The notes: generated from the sequence alone by a model not told the origin. Positions 49,630-62,544 are shown, counted from the first letter of the stretch. The stretch: 64,000 bases of DNA from Azolla caroliniana (GCA_043228905.1 JBHGNT010000017.1:11532001-11596000); one strand, 5' to 3'. Translations and numbers: made by a program.

Positions 49630-49670
49630 GTGGGGTTCGACGTACAAGCTACTGTCCCACGGGCGTGCCA
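49630..49670 (+). other. tRNA-Arg-like 3' motif at the PPT position (A2)
   Basis: GTGGGGTTCGACGTACAAGCTACTGTCCCACGGGCGTGCCA, 2 nt before the LTR. Confidence 0.85.
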
Positions 49671-49672
49671 TG

Positions 49673-50103
49673 TGTTAGCCAGCCGGCAAGGAGTGGAGGA
49701 CAGTCCAGAATGTGAAAGGGCAGGAATTATTGCAAGCTGTTATTAGAATATTACGTAATTAAGTATATTTTGAGAAGTGAACGAACGGACCGGTTCATAT
49801 TAGTGTGCCAGTTGGCACCATTTTGTATGCAGAGCCGATGATCTATAAAAAGGCCCGGTTACATTGTAAATCGGGACGGATAATTAATGAAGCTCTATTG
49901 TCTTATCTCTGCGTATTGATTACCGTTCTGTGCTAATTACTTTCTATCTTACGCGTGTATTGAGACTCATGATATGTTGCTTAAGTAGCCGATAAAGGTC
50001 TGATCAATCGTTAGTCTAAGTTACCTCGCCGTAACACCCTTTGGGTGAAGTGTCTTCTATAGACACCCTGTGTTAGGCTATTGTTCGGCCCTTAGGAGTA
50101 ACA
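49673..50103 (+). repeat. 3' LTR of A2
   Basis: TGTTAG...GTAACA termini. Homologous to the reverse complement of the A1 LTRs. Confidence 0.88.
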
Positions 50104-52705
50104 AAGAGCAGTGATGGCGGAAAGCATTCGTGGACCGGCATCAAAATGCACGTGAAAAAGACTTTGAGGTCGGAAAAGCAATCTTAGTCTTTCAAACGCG
50201 GATGGGGAAAAATGCCAGGAAAATTAAGATTTTGCTAGATGGGGTTGTACTAGATAGTTGGAGTGGAAAACAACACGTTTCAATTAGGCACCCTAGCCGG
50301 AGAAGTACTTCGACAAAAAGTAAATGGCTTTCGATTAAAACCCTATCTGGGACATACGCCTCCAAACTCGTTCCACACCGTGACTGCCACAGCAGAGGGG
50401 CCCGCACATTAATTAATAATCTTGGACCCGCTCATAAAATACTGTAACAGTAATAGTAATAAGAGAAGATAGTGACGTTATTAAAAGGACTTGAGGCATG
50501 CCCAAACTTCTAGAGCAAGAACACGCGATACCACGATGGCACACAAGCCAATGAACCCTAGGCCACAAAAAGAAGAAAGAAGAAGGTTTTCTGCACATTA
50601 CAGAAAACAACCTTCGGCCTTCAGCCTTCAGCCCTCGTCGTTGTTGTTGCTCTCCTCACTCGTCTCACTTTCCAACATACTACAGATCCCATGATCGCCA
50701 GAGCCAGCAAACTTCGCCCAGTACCCACGAGCCACATCCACCTACGATGCCGATCACTATCTCTGCCGCCTTGCGCAGATGGCTCCTCGAAAAAATACTA
50801 GACGGATACATCAAGGTTGCCAAGGCCCCTCCTCATCCTGACGCCTTTGAAATTGCCAAGAAACTCAACATAGACACTGTGACAAATGCTACCATCCTGA
50901 AGAAGTTGGATTTATCTTCGATTGGGGAGAAATATTTCGACATCCCTTCTACGGAAACCCTACAGAAGTATTTTGGGGAGTATTCAGTGTCCGCCAAAGC
51001 ATAGAGGACGAAGGAAATCCCAGAGCCCTTCTTTCGGGAAATAGCCAAGTTCTTGCTAGAGGTAGGATGGGTGCACGTAAATGTGTATGGGATGCCCAAA
51101 CAAAAGGCAAGCATCATCATTGATACCTTCGAAGGGCGCGCAATCTATTGGGGGGTGATTACGGAACCAACACTACGGGAAGGCCTGCACGCGTACCAGG
51201 GCGGCAAAAAGCTAAGGCCAATTATACAACAGTACCTTATGATATTATTCCCACCCCGAGGCCTGCCTACACCACAACCCAATACACCCACGCCGCCGCC
51301 ACGTTCTGCGAAACGGCAATTAACAGAAATTGCTAGCACAGAATGGGAAGAGGAACCACAACCTTCCCAGCCCATCACGCACACAACACAGGAAGAATGG
51401 CTGGCAAGCGGGGAGGAAGCCATGAATGAGCAGGAAGCCAATAAATGTCAAGAAAGCCCGAGGCCGAAACGGCGTAGGTTGGACCGGAAGGATGGGTGCG
51501 GACTGGTCAAGGACACAACTGCAGACAAAGACACAATTGCCTTGGTCGACAATCCTGCTTGTACGGCCGATCATTACGGCTCAGTCGCAATGTGGGAAAG
51601 GCGTACTCACGGCGGAAAGCGAAGTCCTAGAGTACCCGGATATCCCTGATACAGCCCATGATTTCCGTACGCTATTACAATTTGGAACAACTTCTAAACT
51701 CATGGAATTTTTGGCAACGCAACAAATTAAGGTATCGCAGAGAATGGCAGAGGGGCACGCAGAACAATAGATGATTGAGCGTGCGCTCACACGAACAACG
51801 GAAAGCGAAGATGAGGGGCCACTCGCCAAGGTAGGCAGGAAACGGAACGCGGGAATTCGCCGTGTATGTATTGAGTTACCCCCACTAAATGCGGCCCTCG
51901 TCGAAGTGCACAAGGAACTGGCTAAGGTCAGTATGGGCGCCAAAGACATGGTAATTAAAAAAAAAAGGTCTTGAAAATGGTCAAGCAAACCCAAGCGAAA
52001 CTACAGAAGGCCAAAGAACGCATTGTAGAGTTAGAGCATGGCGCAACTACAACACAACGGAAATCCGGACCAACGGACAATAATGCTATGTCACAAACCC
52101 TAAGGGAGGAGGTTGAAGCACAGACCGCCATTGCCAAAAAAGCAAAAAGGGATGCACAGCTGGCGGAGTTCGAGATAGACCGCCTCCGTGCGGAACTCCG
52201 CCAATCGTCTCACAAAGAAACGGACATCCGGGCCAAGGGAGGTAAGGCAGTAAAAGCACTGGAAGAGAAACTCGAAGTGGAGACAACAACACACACCATC
52301 ACCAAAGAAGAAAACAACAAACTATGGGAGGAAGTCAGAAAGAGGGAAGGGGTGAACACATGACTCCGGGAGCTGTTGGAAAAGAAGAAAGTATGGTACG
52401 ATGAACAACTTGTACGAGAACGGAAGGTGACGCATCAGGTAGAAGTCCTCCTGAACAAAGAAATGGGCCGACTGGAGCAGCTACATTTAAAAGAATCCCA
52501 GATATGGACAAAGATGAAGAACCACTATGAGGAGGCGGCTGCGATTAACAAGCATAAAATTGAAAACCTGAAGAAGGCACTAGATGAAGCGAAAAACCGC
52601 TCCCAAGCAATCACCGATAACGTACGCATACTTCTTCAAACAAATCGGTAAAATTTTACACCACAATTGAGAACGGCGTTGGACAAAGGATGGACAACGT
52701 GGGCA
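50104..52705 (+). pseudogene. Subfamily B integrase C-terminus and eORF (50747-~52700)
   Basis: VFQTRMG; APPHP..YFGEYSVSAKA*RT..FREIAKFL; coiled-coil ORFs 51971..52363 and 52376..52651. Confidence 0.85.
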
Positions 52706-55700
52706 GCGCAAGAATGTCTGCATCCGGAAAGTTGTCGTCATCTTTTTGCCCAATTTCTCCATTATCTAGTGTGCTCAAGAAATCTGCCACCACGTGTTGC
52801 GTCCCTGGTCGATGTTGAATAATAAAGTCGAGTTCTTGGAACAACAGCATCCACCTGGCCAATTTTTAGCGTTGGTGCCTGTTTCCCCACCAGATATAGC
52901 AATGTCGTATGCTCCATGTGACACGTGAATATCCACCCTAGCAGATAGTGCCGGAATTTATTGATGTTGTATATCAGACCCAACGCTTCACATTCCGTTC
53001 TAGAATAGTTACGCTCAGCCGTTGATAGTTTCTGACTAGCGTAGTACACTGGTCGGTACCAATTCGGCTCCGTGAGCTGCATTAATGCACTACCTATTGC
53101 TATATCTGAGGCATCCATGAACACATGAAATGGTTTTGCCCAAACTGGTGGCTGCGTTAGCATTATTTTTAGCGCATCATATGCCTTCTCTTCCGTTGTT
53201 GTCCATTTGAAAGGAGTACGGTGAATGGCAGCATGTAATGGTGTGGCGAAATCCGCCAAATAGCGTATCATCCGGCTGTGCCATCGTATTTGTCCCAAAA
53301 ACTAGTTCAGTGCTTTCGCGTTTGTCGGTGTTTTTGCATGAGTAATCGCGGAGATTTTGTTCGAATCGACCGCTATCCCTTCCTTATTGACTAGGTGGTC
53401 GAGGACAGCTCCACCGGTGACGCCCAAGGCGCATTTGGCAAGATTCAGGCTTAAGCGTGCAGTTCGGCAACACTCCAAGCAAAGCTATAGATACGTAAAA
53501 TGTTCGGTTGTTGTCCCATATACCGCAAAATTGTCTAAAAAGACCTGCATGAATGCAAGTATATATTCCCCAACAATCTCTGTGATTGTCCTTTGAAATG
53601 TAGCTGGCGCCATCTTTAGCCCGAACATCATGATGACCGCGACATAGACTCCCAGTCCGTGACAAACGCCATCTTCTCTTGGTTTTCGGGATGCATGCGT
53701 ACTTGATTGTACCCAATGAAGCCATCTAGAAAATTGTACATGTCATGCCTTGTGACGACATCTAGTACGCTATCGGTGAAAGGTAAAGGGAACGCGTCTG
53801 TAATGGTTACAACGTTCATTTTCCGGTAGTCCACGCACACACGTATTTTGCCATTTTTCTTTGGTACGACTACTATCGGGCTTAGCCATGTGGCTTGTTT
53901 GAGTGGTCGAATGAATCTGGCCTTGAGGAGTTTGTCAATTTCCTCTTTTACGCGAGCCGCGTAATTTGGGTTCATGCGGTATCGACGTTGTTGGATCGGT
54001 TTCGTGTCGGTCGCTAAATTGATCTTATGTTGATAGAACTTCGGATCTAATCCCTTCATGTACTCGTGGGACCAAGCGAACACATCTTTATACTTCCTGA
54101 GTAGTGCAATCATTGCGTCTCTCTGATCTATAGCAGAAATTAGAACAAGGCCCATAGAGGAAGAGACTCGGGAGACATTTCTGGCAGATTTACGACGATC
54201 GATACGGACGACGCTCAACAAAAATAGCGTGAAAAGGAGAAATAACCGATATGGTCATAGAATGAGCGCTGCAGCTCGAGCTAGACGAAGAAGATGAAAG
54301 GTTTTCCATGTCCTCATTACGACAAGCATTACCTCAGGACGAGGAACGACATTTTCGCCAAACAATCCAGTGCACGATTTGCCTCAATTCTGGGCATTCC
54401 GCAGTGGAATGCAACATGTGAATCCATTGTCCAATCTGTCACTCGAAAGCACACACGGTCGAGCAATGTGAGTACAATATGTTGAATAGATGCACGCCCA
54501 CAGTACGAAGCATGGAAACACAACGCCCACCTCGCCGTAACAAGCAAAGGCGCCAAGAAGAACGACCCCAGTATACAGATCAGAACCCACGCGATGACCG
54601 ACACTACCGGAATCGCCGGAATAACAACGATTCCAAGGAAGAAGAGCCAGAGGACGAAGACTACCGAGGCAACCACAGATATAATAAAGGTTGTGCTAGT
54701 TACAAATATGCATTGTTATATGCTTTTAATGAATATCATAGCTTAGGCTACCCTAAACATCTGATAGTTTAATAGTTGGTCGAAGGTCATGATTACTGGC
54801 CGATCCATCTGTGAATGCCAAAATGCCGCTCTCCCATCTACGGTTAATCTGAACTCTGTCATTTTGGACTGGTGCGTTACTTCTTCGGGAAGTCTCTGCA
54901 CCATGTGATTTGCATCCCAGATATTCAGGAACAAGCGAATGTGGGTTGCGGCATCGGTTTCGCCGTTGAAGCGGGGATAAGAGAAGGCCATGTTGGACGC
55001 TACGACGGGCAGGGAAAGACCACAGTGCTTCTGTGGTGAGTGCACTTCCTGTTTGTTGCCGGGGTATTTGGTGAGCGGGAAAACGTCTTTGTGGTTCGGA
55101 CAGGTATCACTGAGGTCACTGAGGTGAGGATTTTTCCGTGTGCGTTCCTTTGCCTAGCATGTGAAGGACCTTGTGATTGGTCGGTCTTGTCGTGTTGGTT
55201 CTCTGGGGTGTCTGCGGCTAGACATCCATTCGTCGTTGTTCATCTATGAGAAGACATAGATCACCATGCGTGCCAAAAGTGTTACCGATTAGGAACACGG
55301 TCTATGGTCAGTCCTTTGACCTAGACCTCAAAGTGACTGCGTTGGAACGAATGGTATCCTCGTACCGTAATGCGTATGGGATACCTCCCCGTATCCTAGT
55401 AGCGTATAAGGGAGACGGCTACAACCGAACTCCTTACTCCTTAGACAGTGTACTAGTAGCAGCACTCACACTCACATCTACGCCCTTACGATTACAATAC
55501 GCCACTAGGAATCACAGCAACACAGTAGATTAACCACAGATATGCATAGGAATCAGAGAAGATAGTATTGTATTAAGATAACGCTCTATGCACTTTAATT
55601 TACACACTACCTCTTACAGAGGATTTCTACCCTTTATATACACAGGGTCTTTTAGTGGTTCATGTGGGAAGCGTGAACCGTTACATGTGTTACGTTTTTA

Positions 55701-55755
55701 CTATATTCTACATTTCTACGCTCCTGTGTGTCAGTTACTATTCCAGCGGACAACA
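52706..55755 (-). mobile_element. 5' part of a subfamily B gypsy element (LTR, PBS, gag, RT, RH), rearranged
   Basis: LTR at 55280-55755 (TGTTG...TAACA). PBS TGGCACGCATGGTG at 55262-55275. gag YPRFNGETDA; RT 53628..~54140; RH 52762..53298. Confidence 0.85.
54150..54680 (+). pseudogene. gag: Inverted gag fragment with tandem zinc knuckles
   Basis: Translates LRQALPQDEERHFRQTIQCTICLNSGHSAVEC..CPICHSKAHTVEQCEYNMLNR, homologous to A1 gag. Confidence 0.8.
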
Positions 55756-55759
55756 TGTA

Positions 55760-58408
55760 CAACCCATTCGTGGTTCCATTGCCGGTAGCCAAATCTTGTT
55801 TCATGGATGGAAATTTGTCCCAAGCTTCTCAGATATCCTTAGGAAAACTTCCTTGCCCCACATCTGTAGTAGTCATTCATGGTCGTCCCATTGCTTCCGG
55901 GAATATTGTAGAAGAGTCACAACCCATTTAGGTTGTTCCAGGTAGTTTTGTGTGTGTAGTATCATTTAATATAATTAGTAGTCTAGAGCATCCCATTGTC
56001 ATGGGATTACCTTGGTTTGAATTACATAATCAAGACATAGATTGGAGAACAAGAGAAGTCTGATATCGACAACCCGAAGAATCTACTCATCGAGTTTCGA
56101 CCATTTCACTCCATCAATTACGCGAAGAAGGACATAAGGAGAAAATGTTCCTATTTGCAATATCAGTACATCCTTCCAACAATATTAAGAAGGAATCCTT
56201 AGTGCAACTTCCGGAGAAATATCATCCTTATGCCGATGTATTTGACAAGGTAAAAGCTAGTACTCTTCGTCATCATCGTCCCTACGATTGTCCCATTGAT
56301 TTACAACCAGGAATAGAGCCACCATGGGGACCAATTTACAACTTGTCACCAAATGAGTTAGAAGTCCTTCGAGCCTACATAGAGGAGAACTTAGCAAGCA
56401 GGTTTATTCGTCATTCGAAATCTCTGGCCAGTGCACCAATCTTCTTTGTCAAGAAGAAAGATGGATCTCTTCGTCTCATCGTTGATTACCGCGGCTTGAA
56501 TAAGGTCACCATCCGGAATAGGTATGCATTTCCTCTTATATCAAGTCTTTTAGAGCGAGTAAATGGTGCCAAGTTTTTTACAAAAATCGATCTACGAGGA
56601 GCATATAACCTCATGCGGATGCGATCGGGAGACGAATGGAAGACCGCCTTTCGCACGCGGTATGGGTTTTTCGAGTATACTGTTATGCCGTTCGGTCTAA
56701 CCAATGCACCCACAGTCTTCCAACACATGGAAAATGATATATTTAGAGACCTCTTGGATATCTGTTTGATCATCTATCTGGATGATCTATTGATTTATTC
56801 GAAGACCCAGGAAGAGCACGATTCTCATGTACTATTAGTACTAAAATGACTCTGTGAGAATGGTCTTTATGCCAAGCTAGAAAAATGTAGCTTTGACTGC
56901 AAGGAAGTGGAATTTCTAGGCTACGTCATCTCCTCAAAGGGCATCTCCATGGATCCAGCTAAAGTCAAAACCGTGCTAGAGTGGCAAACTCCACGTTCGT
57001 TACGAGATGTACAATGTTTCCTAGGTTTTGCTAACTTTACCGCAAGTTTATACAAGATTACTCGAAGATTATTTTACCTCTCACACAACTTATGAAGAAG
57101 GGACATGCATTTCTTTGGTCCATTGAAGCGGACATGGCTTTTTGGCATCTTAAGAAAGCCTTTACATCAGCTCCTATTCTAGCTGATGTGGATACAACCA
57201 AACCATTTATCATGGAGGCCGACGCATCAGATTTTGCCCTCAATAGCATCCTTTCTCAACAAGGAGGCAAAGAAGAGTTACATCTTGTCACTTTCCATTC
57301 GCGCAAATTTGATGCCGCGGAAATCAACTACGAGATACATGACAAGGAATTATTAGCCATCGTGGATTCATTTGTGCAATGGCGGCACTTCTTAGAGGGC
57401 TCTCCACATTAGGTCATTGTCTTCAGTGATCACAAAATTCTTGCTTAGTTCCAGAACGCTCGTGTACTAAATCGACAGCAAGCTCAGTGGGCCCAATTCC
57501 TCGTGCGTTTTGACTTCAAAATCACATATCAATTGGGAAAGCAGCAAGGAGAAGTAGATGCACTATCGCGGCGTTCATATCTTGCACCGTGTTCTGGTGA
57601 TCCAGTGTTTGATAATCAAAAGCAGGTAATCTTGGGACCAACACGTTTGCACACAACGCAGATTTTTCACTCCACTAGATTCCCGGATTATCAATGTTGT
57701 ACGTGCTAACTTGAAGACGGACAGTTTTGCTCAAGCCATTCTAGCGCACATTGATACCTCTCGGGCATCTTGCTCCTAGTCTCAACAACCAAGTATGGAC
57801 TACCGAAAATTCGAATATCATGATGGTTTATTGTTCTTTAAAAAGCTCGTATATGTTCCCGATTGCTCCTGTCGCCTCCAAATCGTCCAAAATTGTCACG
57901 ACAGCCATACAACGAGACATTTTGGTAGTACTAAGATGTTGGATCTAGTTCAACGATTTTTTTGGTGGCCCCATATGCGACGTTTTGTCGACGACTACGT
58001 TCAGACCTATGATGCTTGCTACCGAGCAAAGATGCCACGACATCATTCATATGGCTTGTTGGAACCCTTACCGATTCCAAGTAAGCCGTGGCGGTCTATT
58101 TCTCTTTATTTTGTCACAGATCTACCGGTCTCAAAGCGTTTTGATGCTATCTTAACTGTCGTTGATCGATTAACTAAGATGGCACATTGTGTGTCGTGTA
58201 CTAAGGCCATCACTAGTGAGGAAACTGCTGCCCTTGTCATGCGTGAGGTATTTCGACATCATGGCCTCCCAGACAGTATCACCAGTGATCGAGGACCTCA
58301 ATTCATCTCCAAATTTTGGAAGCATCTCTTCAAGATGCTCAACGTATCTTGCAACCTCTCCTCCAGCTACCATCCCCAGACCAATGGGCAGGCGGAACGA
58401 ACAAATCA
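55760..58408 (+). pseudogene. pol: Tcn1/Tf2-like (chromovirus-type) gypsy pol fragment: PR remnant, RT, RH, truncated INT
   Basis: HRPYDCPIDLQPG..PPWGPIYNLS; APIFFVKKKDGSLR; KIDLRGAYNL; YLDD; EADASDFA; NYEIHDKELLAI; SDRGPQF; HPQTNGQAERTNQ. Confidence 0.88.
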
Positions 58409-59860
58409 ACACCGAAGGACCCAACACCGAAAGACCCAACACAGACCCCTACAACACAACAATCGACCTTGGGACCACAATAACCGACACCCACTGCAAC
58501 ACAAAAACACGTTTCCACACAACAGTGGAATGTGTGACTCAAAGGATACGAAGGATTAAACAAAAGGCACAACGTTTTCCACAACTAGAAAAGGGCGCAC
58601 CGGTAGTAAAGCGTCAGACGATAGACGACCAACATCAATAAACAAGGAATGAAATTTGTATCAACCCAGATGACACAAGTCGGGTTGGCAAAGGAAAATC
58701 ATCAGTCATGACTCCTCGAGAAGTATTAGGGCCGAAAATTACAAGAAGCCGAAACAGAAGCCCATAATGCAACAATCAGAGCAGAACAAGCTGAAAGTGG
58801 GGTCAAGAAGCTGGAAGAACGTATTATATTAGCTAAGACCAAAATTAGCAAATGGTTGGATGCAAAGGATGACACGATCCAACATCTTAAAAGACAATTG
58901 GCATAGCAACATGTTGAAGCAAGACAACAGTTTGAACAAACACAAGACTTAGAGGAGTATATTTGCATTTAGGAGGACTATTTTAAGGAACAAATGGTTG
59001 AGCTGAACTCCAAAAAGTTGTTATATAAGAAGAGCATGACGAAGAAAAGCGGCGATTGCAATTGGTGAATACCGATTTAAAAACAAATTGCGCCAAAGTG
59101 GGTTCAAGTATGAAAAGAAAAGATTGGAGCTTTTAGTAGCTAAAGCAGAATTAATGCAAGTAGAAGGTTCGATTAATGCACAAATAGCACAATTAAGGAT
59201 GGAATTAGCAGTGGCACAATACCAGGTAAGTATGGGCGAGGAAAAAGTTTGATCAATAATAAAAGCGCATAAATTAAAAACATTACAACTGGTAGCCGAT
59301 TCCCTTGATAAAGGATGGAAGACCTGGTCGGCATAGGCAACCGAATTACAACTATTGCGTGCGGTCCGAGAATACCGTAAAGCGCAAGGCTAGGGTTTCT
59401 TTAAGATGACGGAAGCAGCAATATCTATACTGCAGGAAGACCTCGCTTGGGACTTGTATGACCTGGCTGCTAGTGATCGTGAGGAAATAATTCAGCTCAT
59501 GCAGGAATTAAATGCGCATGACATCGACACCTCTGCTAAGCTGGACAACTTGGAACGAAACCGACAGAAACAAAAAATAGAGTTTGGACCCCCAGCCTCC
59601 TCACAACCCTCGCTCAACCTAGAAAATGTTGACGAAGAGGAGGATGGCGCCCACAAGACCGACACCGAACAAGGACAAGAAGAACAACCATCATTGTACG
59701 ACATACTACAAGATGACACTAAGGAGGACGACAATGAGGATGACCTTGACCCCGAAGAGCAGGATTAGGATAGTATCATGGGTTCGACCGGGCAAGGCCT
59801 TGGCCCACCAACGTGTCAAGTGTTAGTCGGTTAGGTTAGGCGTCGGTCGACAGTGTTGGG
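58409..59860 (+). mobile_element. Subfamily C eORF C-terminal remnant, degenerate tRNA-like motif (59778-59818) and LTR start (59821)
   Basis: Inverted homologue of 60020-61954. Contains DSLDKGWKTW. Confidence 0.75.
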
Positions 59861-60019
59861 GAAATACAGAGTCGAAGTCGGATCGGAAAAGGAGGATCGA
59901 TGACTCAACATTTTTGCCGACATAATAATTATAAATATTAGAATTAGTTAGAAGTTTTGTTAGTTCTTGCTAGCAAGGCAATATGTACTTCCTGATGTAT
60001 AAGTCTCTCAAGTTACCTA

Positions 60020-61954
60020 ACACTGTCGACCCCGACGCTTTCATACTTGTCTCACGCTTGTGCTAACCAACTAACACTTGGCACGCCCGTGGGCCAGGGC
60101 CTTACGCGGTCGAATCCATGGTACTGTCCTAATCCCGCTCTTCTAGGTTGACTTCGTCCTCATTGTCGTCTGCCTCAGTGTCGTCTTGTAACATGTTGAA
60201 CAATGATGGCTCTTCATCTTGTCCTTGTTTGGTTCCAATTTAGTGAGAGCTATCCTCTTCTTCGCTAGGATTTCCTGGGTTGAGTGGGGGTTGTGAGGAG
60301 GTTAGGGGACCAAGCTGAGCTCTCTGTTTCCATCGTTCGTAGTTGTCCAACTTAGCAGAGGTGTTGACGTCATGCGCATCAAATTTGTGCATGAGCCGAG
60401 TGATTTCTTCACTAGCAGCTAGCTCATAGAAGTCCCGAGCTAGGTCTCCCTGCACTGTAGATATCGCTTCTTCCGCCATCTTAAAGAAACCCTAGCCTTG
60501 TTCTTTACAATTTTCTCTGTCCACACGCAATAGCTATAATTTGGCTGCCTGTACTGACCTGGTCTTCCAGCCTTTATCATGGGAGTCGGCTACCAGTTGT
60601 AATGTTTTTAATTTAGGGGCTTTTACTATTGGTTGAACTTTTTCCTTGCCTATACTTACGTGGTATTGTGCCACTACTAATCCCTTCCTTAGTTCTACTA
60701 TTTGTGCGTTGGTCGAACCTTCTGCTTGCATTAATTTTGCTTCAACTACTAACAACTCCAGTCTTTTCTTTTCATACTTTACCTCCATTTCAGTGCAATT
60801 TGTTTGTAAATTGATATTCGCCGATTCCAATTGTTGCTTTTCTTCATCATGCTCGGTTTGCATAACAAATTTCTGGAGTTCGGCCTTAGCCATTTGTTCC
60901 ACAAAATAGTCCTCATGAATGCAAATATACTCCTTTAACTCTTGTGTTTGTTCAAGTTGTTGTCTCACTTCATCCTACTGTTGTGCCAATTGTCTTTTAA
61001 GCTGTTGGATCGCGTCATCATTTGCATCCAACCATTTGCTGATTTCGGTCTTAGCTAATATAATACACTCTTCCAGTTTCTTGACCCTACTTTGGGCTTG
61101 TTCTGCTATGATTGTTGCATTATGGGCTTTTGTTTCGGCTTCTTGTAATTGTTTATCAAACTCCAAAGATTTGTTAGACAATTGGCTTGTTTGTAACTGA
61201 GCCTCGGCTTCTTTCAATATTTCTTCCGTCTGTTGGAGTTTTTTCGACAATTCGTCTTTTTCAACATGTGCTTTTGAACATTGTTCTTGTAATCGATCTA
61301 GTGTTGCCGTTGCTCTCTTGTAGGATTTAGCCGTGTCCTTGGTTGCTCTGCTTGCCTTGTCATATTCTCTATGCACTTCTATGAGTGCTTCATGTAAAGG
61401 AGTCACCTGTATTGCCTCTCCCCTGTTTTTGGCATTACGTTGTCGGCCGATTCTATCAATTTTTTGTTGTTCATACGGCTTGACAACACCAATTAAAGAC
61501 TTTTGAATCATGATACGATCTTTGTGCTTGTATGCCAATCGTTCCAATACTTCCTACAGTCGATGTGCTAACCATTCTACCAATTCATAGGAAGTTTCGA
61601 ACTGCAAAATGGACTCCAGTTCATGTGCTGCCGGAGGAAATTTTTCTAAGCCTAATGCTTCCGGAGGAGTCAAGACTGATGATTTCCCTTTCTCAACCCG
61701 ACTTGTGTCATTTGGGTTGACACGGTTTTCATTCCTTGTTTTTTGATGCTGGTTGTCCATCCTCTAATGCTTTTTTGCCTGTGCGTCCTTATCCAGTTGC
61801 CAAAAACGTTGTGCCTTCTATTTCATCCGCCACACCAATTGAGTCGTACTTCCCGCTTTTGGTGTCGGAACTTGTTCTTGTGTTGTGGTGGGTGTCGGCT
61901 GTTGTGGTCCCAAGGTCGATTATTGTGTTTCTAAGGTTGGTGTCGGGTCCTACG
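60020..61954 (-). mobile_element. Subfamily C eORF remnant, tRNA-like motif (60079-60119) and LTR start (60076)
   Basis: Coiled-coil ORFs 60975..61547, 60534..60968 and 60240..60479. Minus strand reads GCCCACGGGCGTGCCA-AG-TGTTAG. Confidence 0.8.
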
Positions 61955-62544
61955 TGAAGAGAATCAGATCGTTATACCGCAAGGACGAGTATGTTGAAAT
62001 ACGCAATACAGAACACGATGCACATAGATTTAATGTGGAAACCCTAAAACGGGAGAAAAACCACAGGTGAACAAAGCTTCACTATATAGTGGATGTACAA
62101 TAGAAGAGATTACAACACTCCTATCGAGTGTATCAGCCACACAGGGCTCTTGGCATCTACTGTTACACACGCTCACAGCTATGGCACAACTCTCTCTCAC
62201 TCTTCACACTCTCTGTAGCAAACACACAACTACTACCCAACTTACTTTTTGTTCTACACTCTTCATCATCTCTGTTTGCCCTAGGCGTATTTATACTAAT
62301 ACATCATATGGACTATTTACGAGTGTAGCCCCTACTACACATCACTACTATTGTTGTAACAATAATAATAATAATACTAATACTAATACTAATACTAATA
62401 CTAATACTAATAACAATAACAATAACAATAACAATAACAATAACAATAATAATAATAATAGTCAATAGTTAATTAGTCGACTCTTCGACTGTCGACTACT
62501 TCTGGACAATCGGCTCCTCCCGGTGGAGGGACATATTCCCAACA
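61955..62544 (-). repeat. 3' LTR of a Tork-like copia element
   Basis: Minus strand starts TGTTGGGAATATGTCCCTCC after the PPT GAAGGGGGAG. Resembles the LTR at 12873. Confidence 0.8.
62359..62460. repeat. Compound AAT/AATACT/AACAAT microsatellite inside the LTR
   Basis: Directly visible repeat run. Confidence 0.95.

Larger units (their letters stand above)
25636..50103 (+). mobile_element. 5'-truncated gypsy subfamily A element (A2) hosting nested insertions; own segments are 25636-26748, 36305-36586 and 45019-50103
   Basis: The reading frame rejoins across both insertions (EA|LGMIY; RVT|AETAT). Order is RT-RH-INT-eORF-LTR. Confidence 0.88.
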
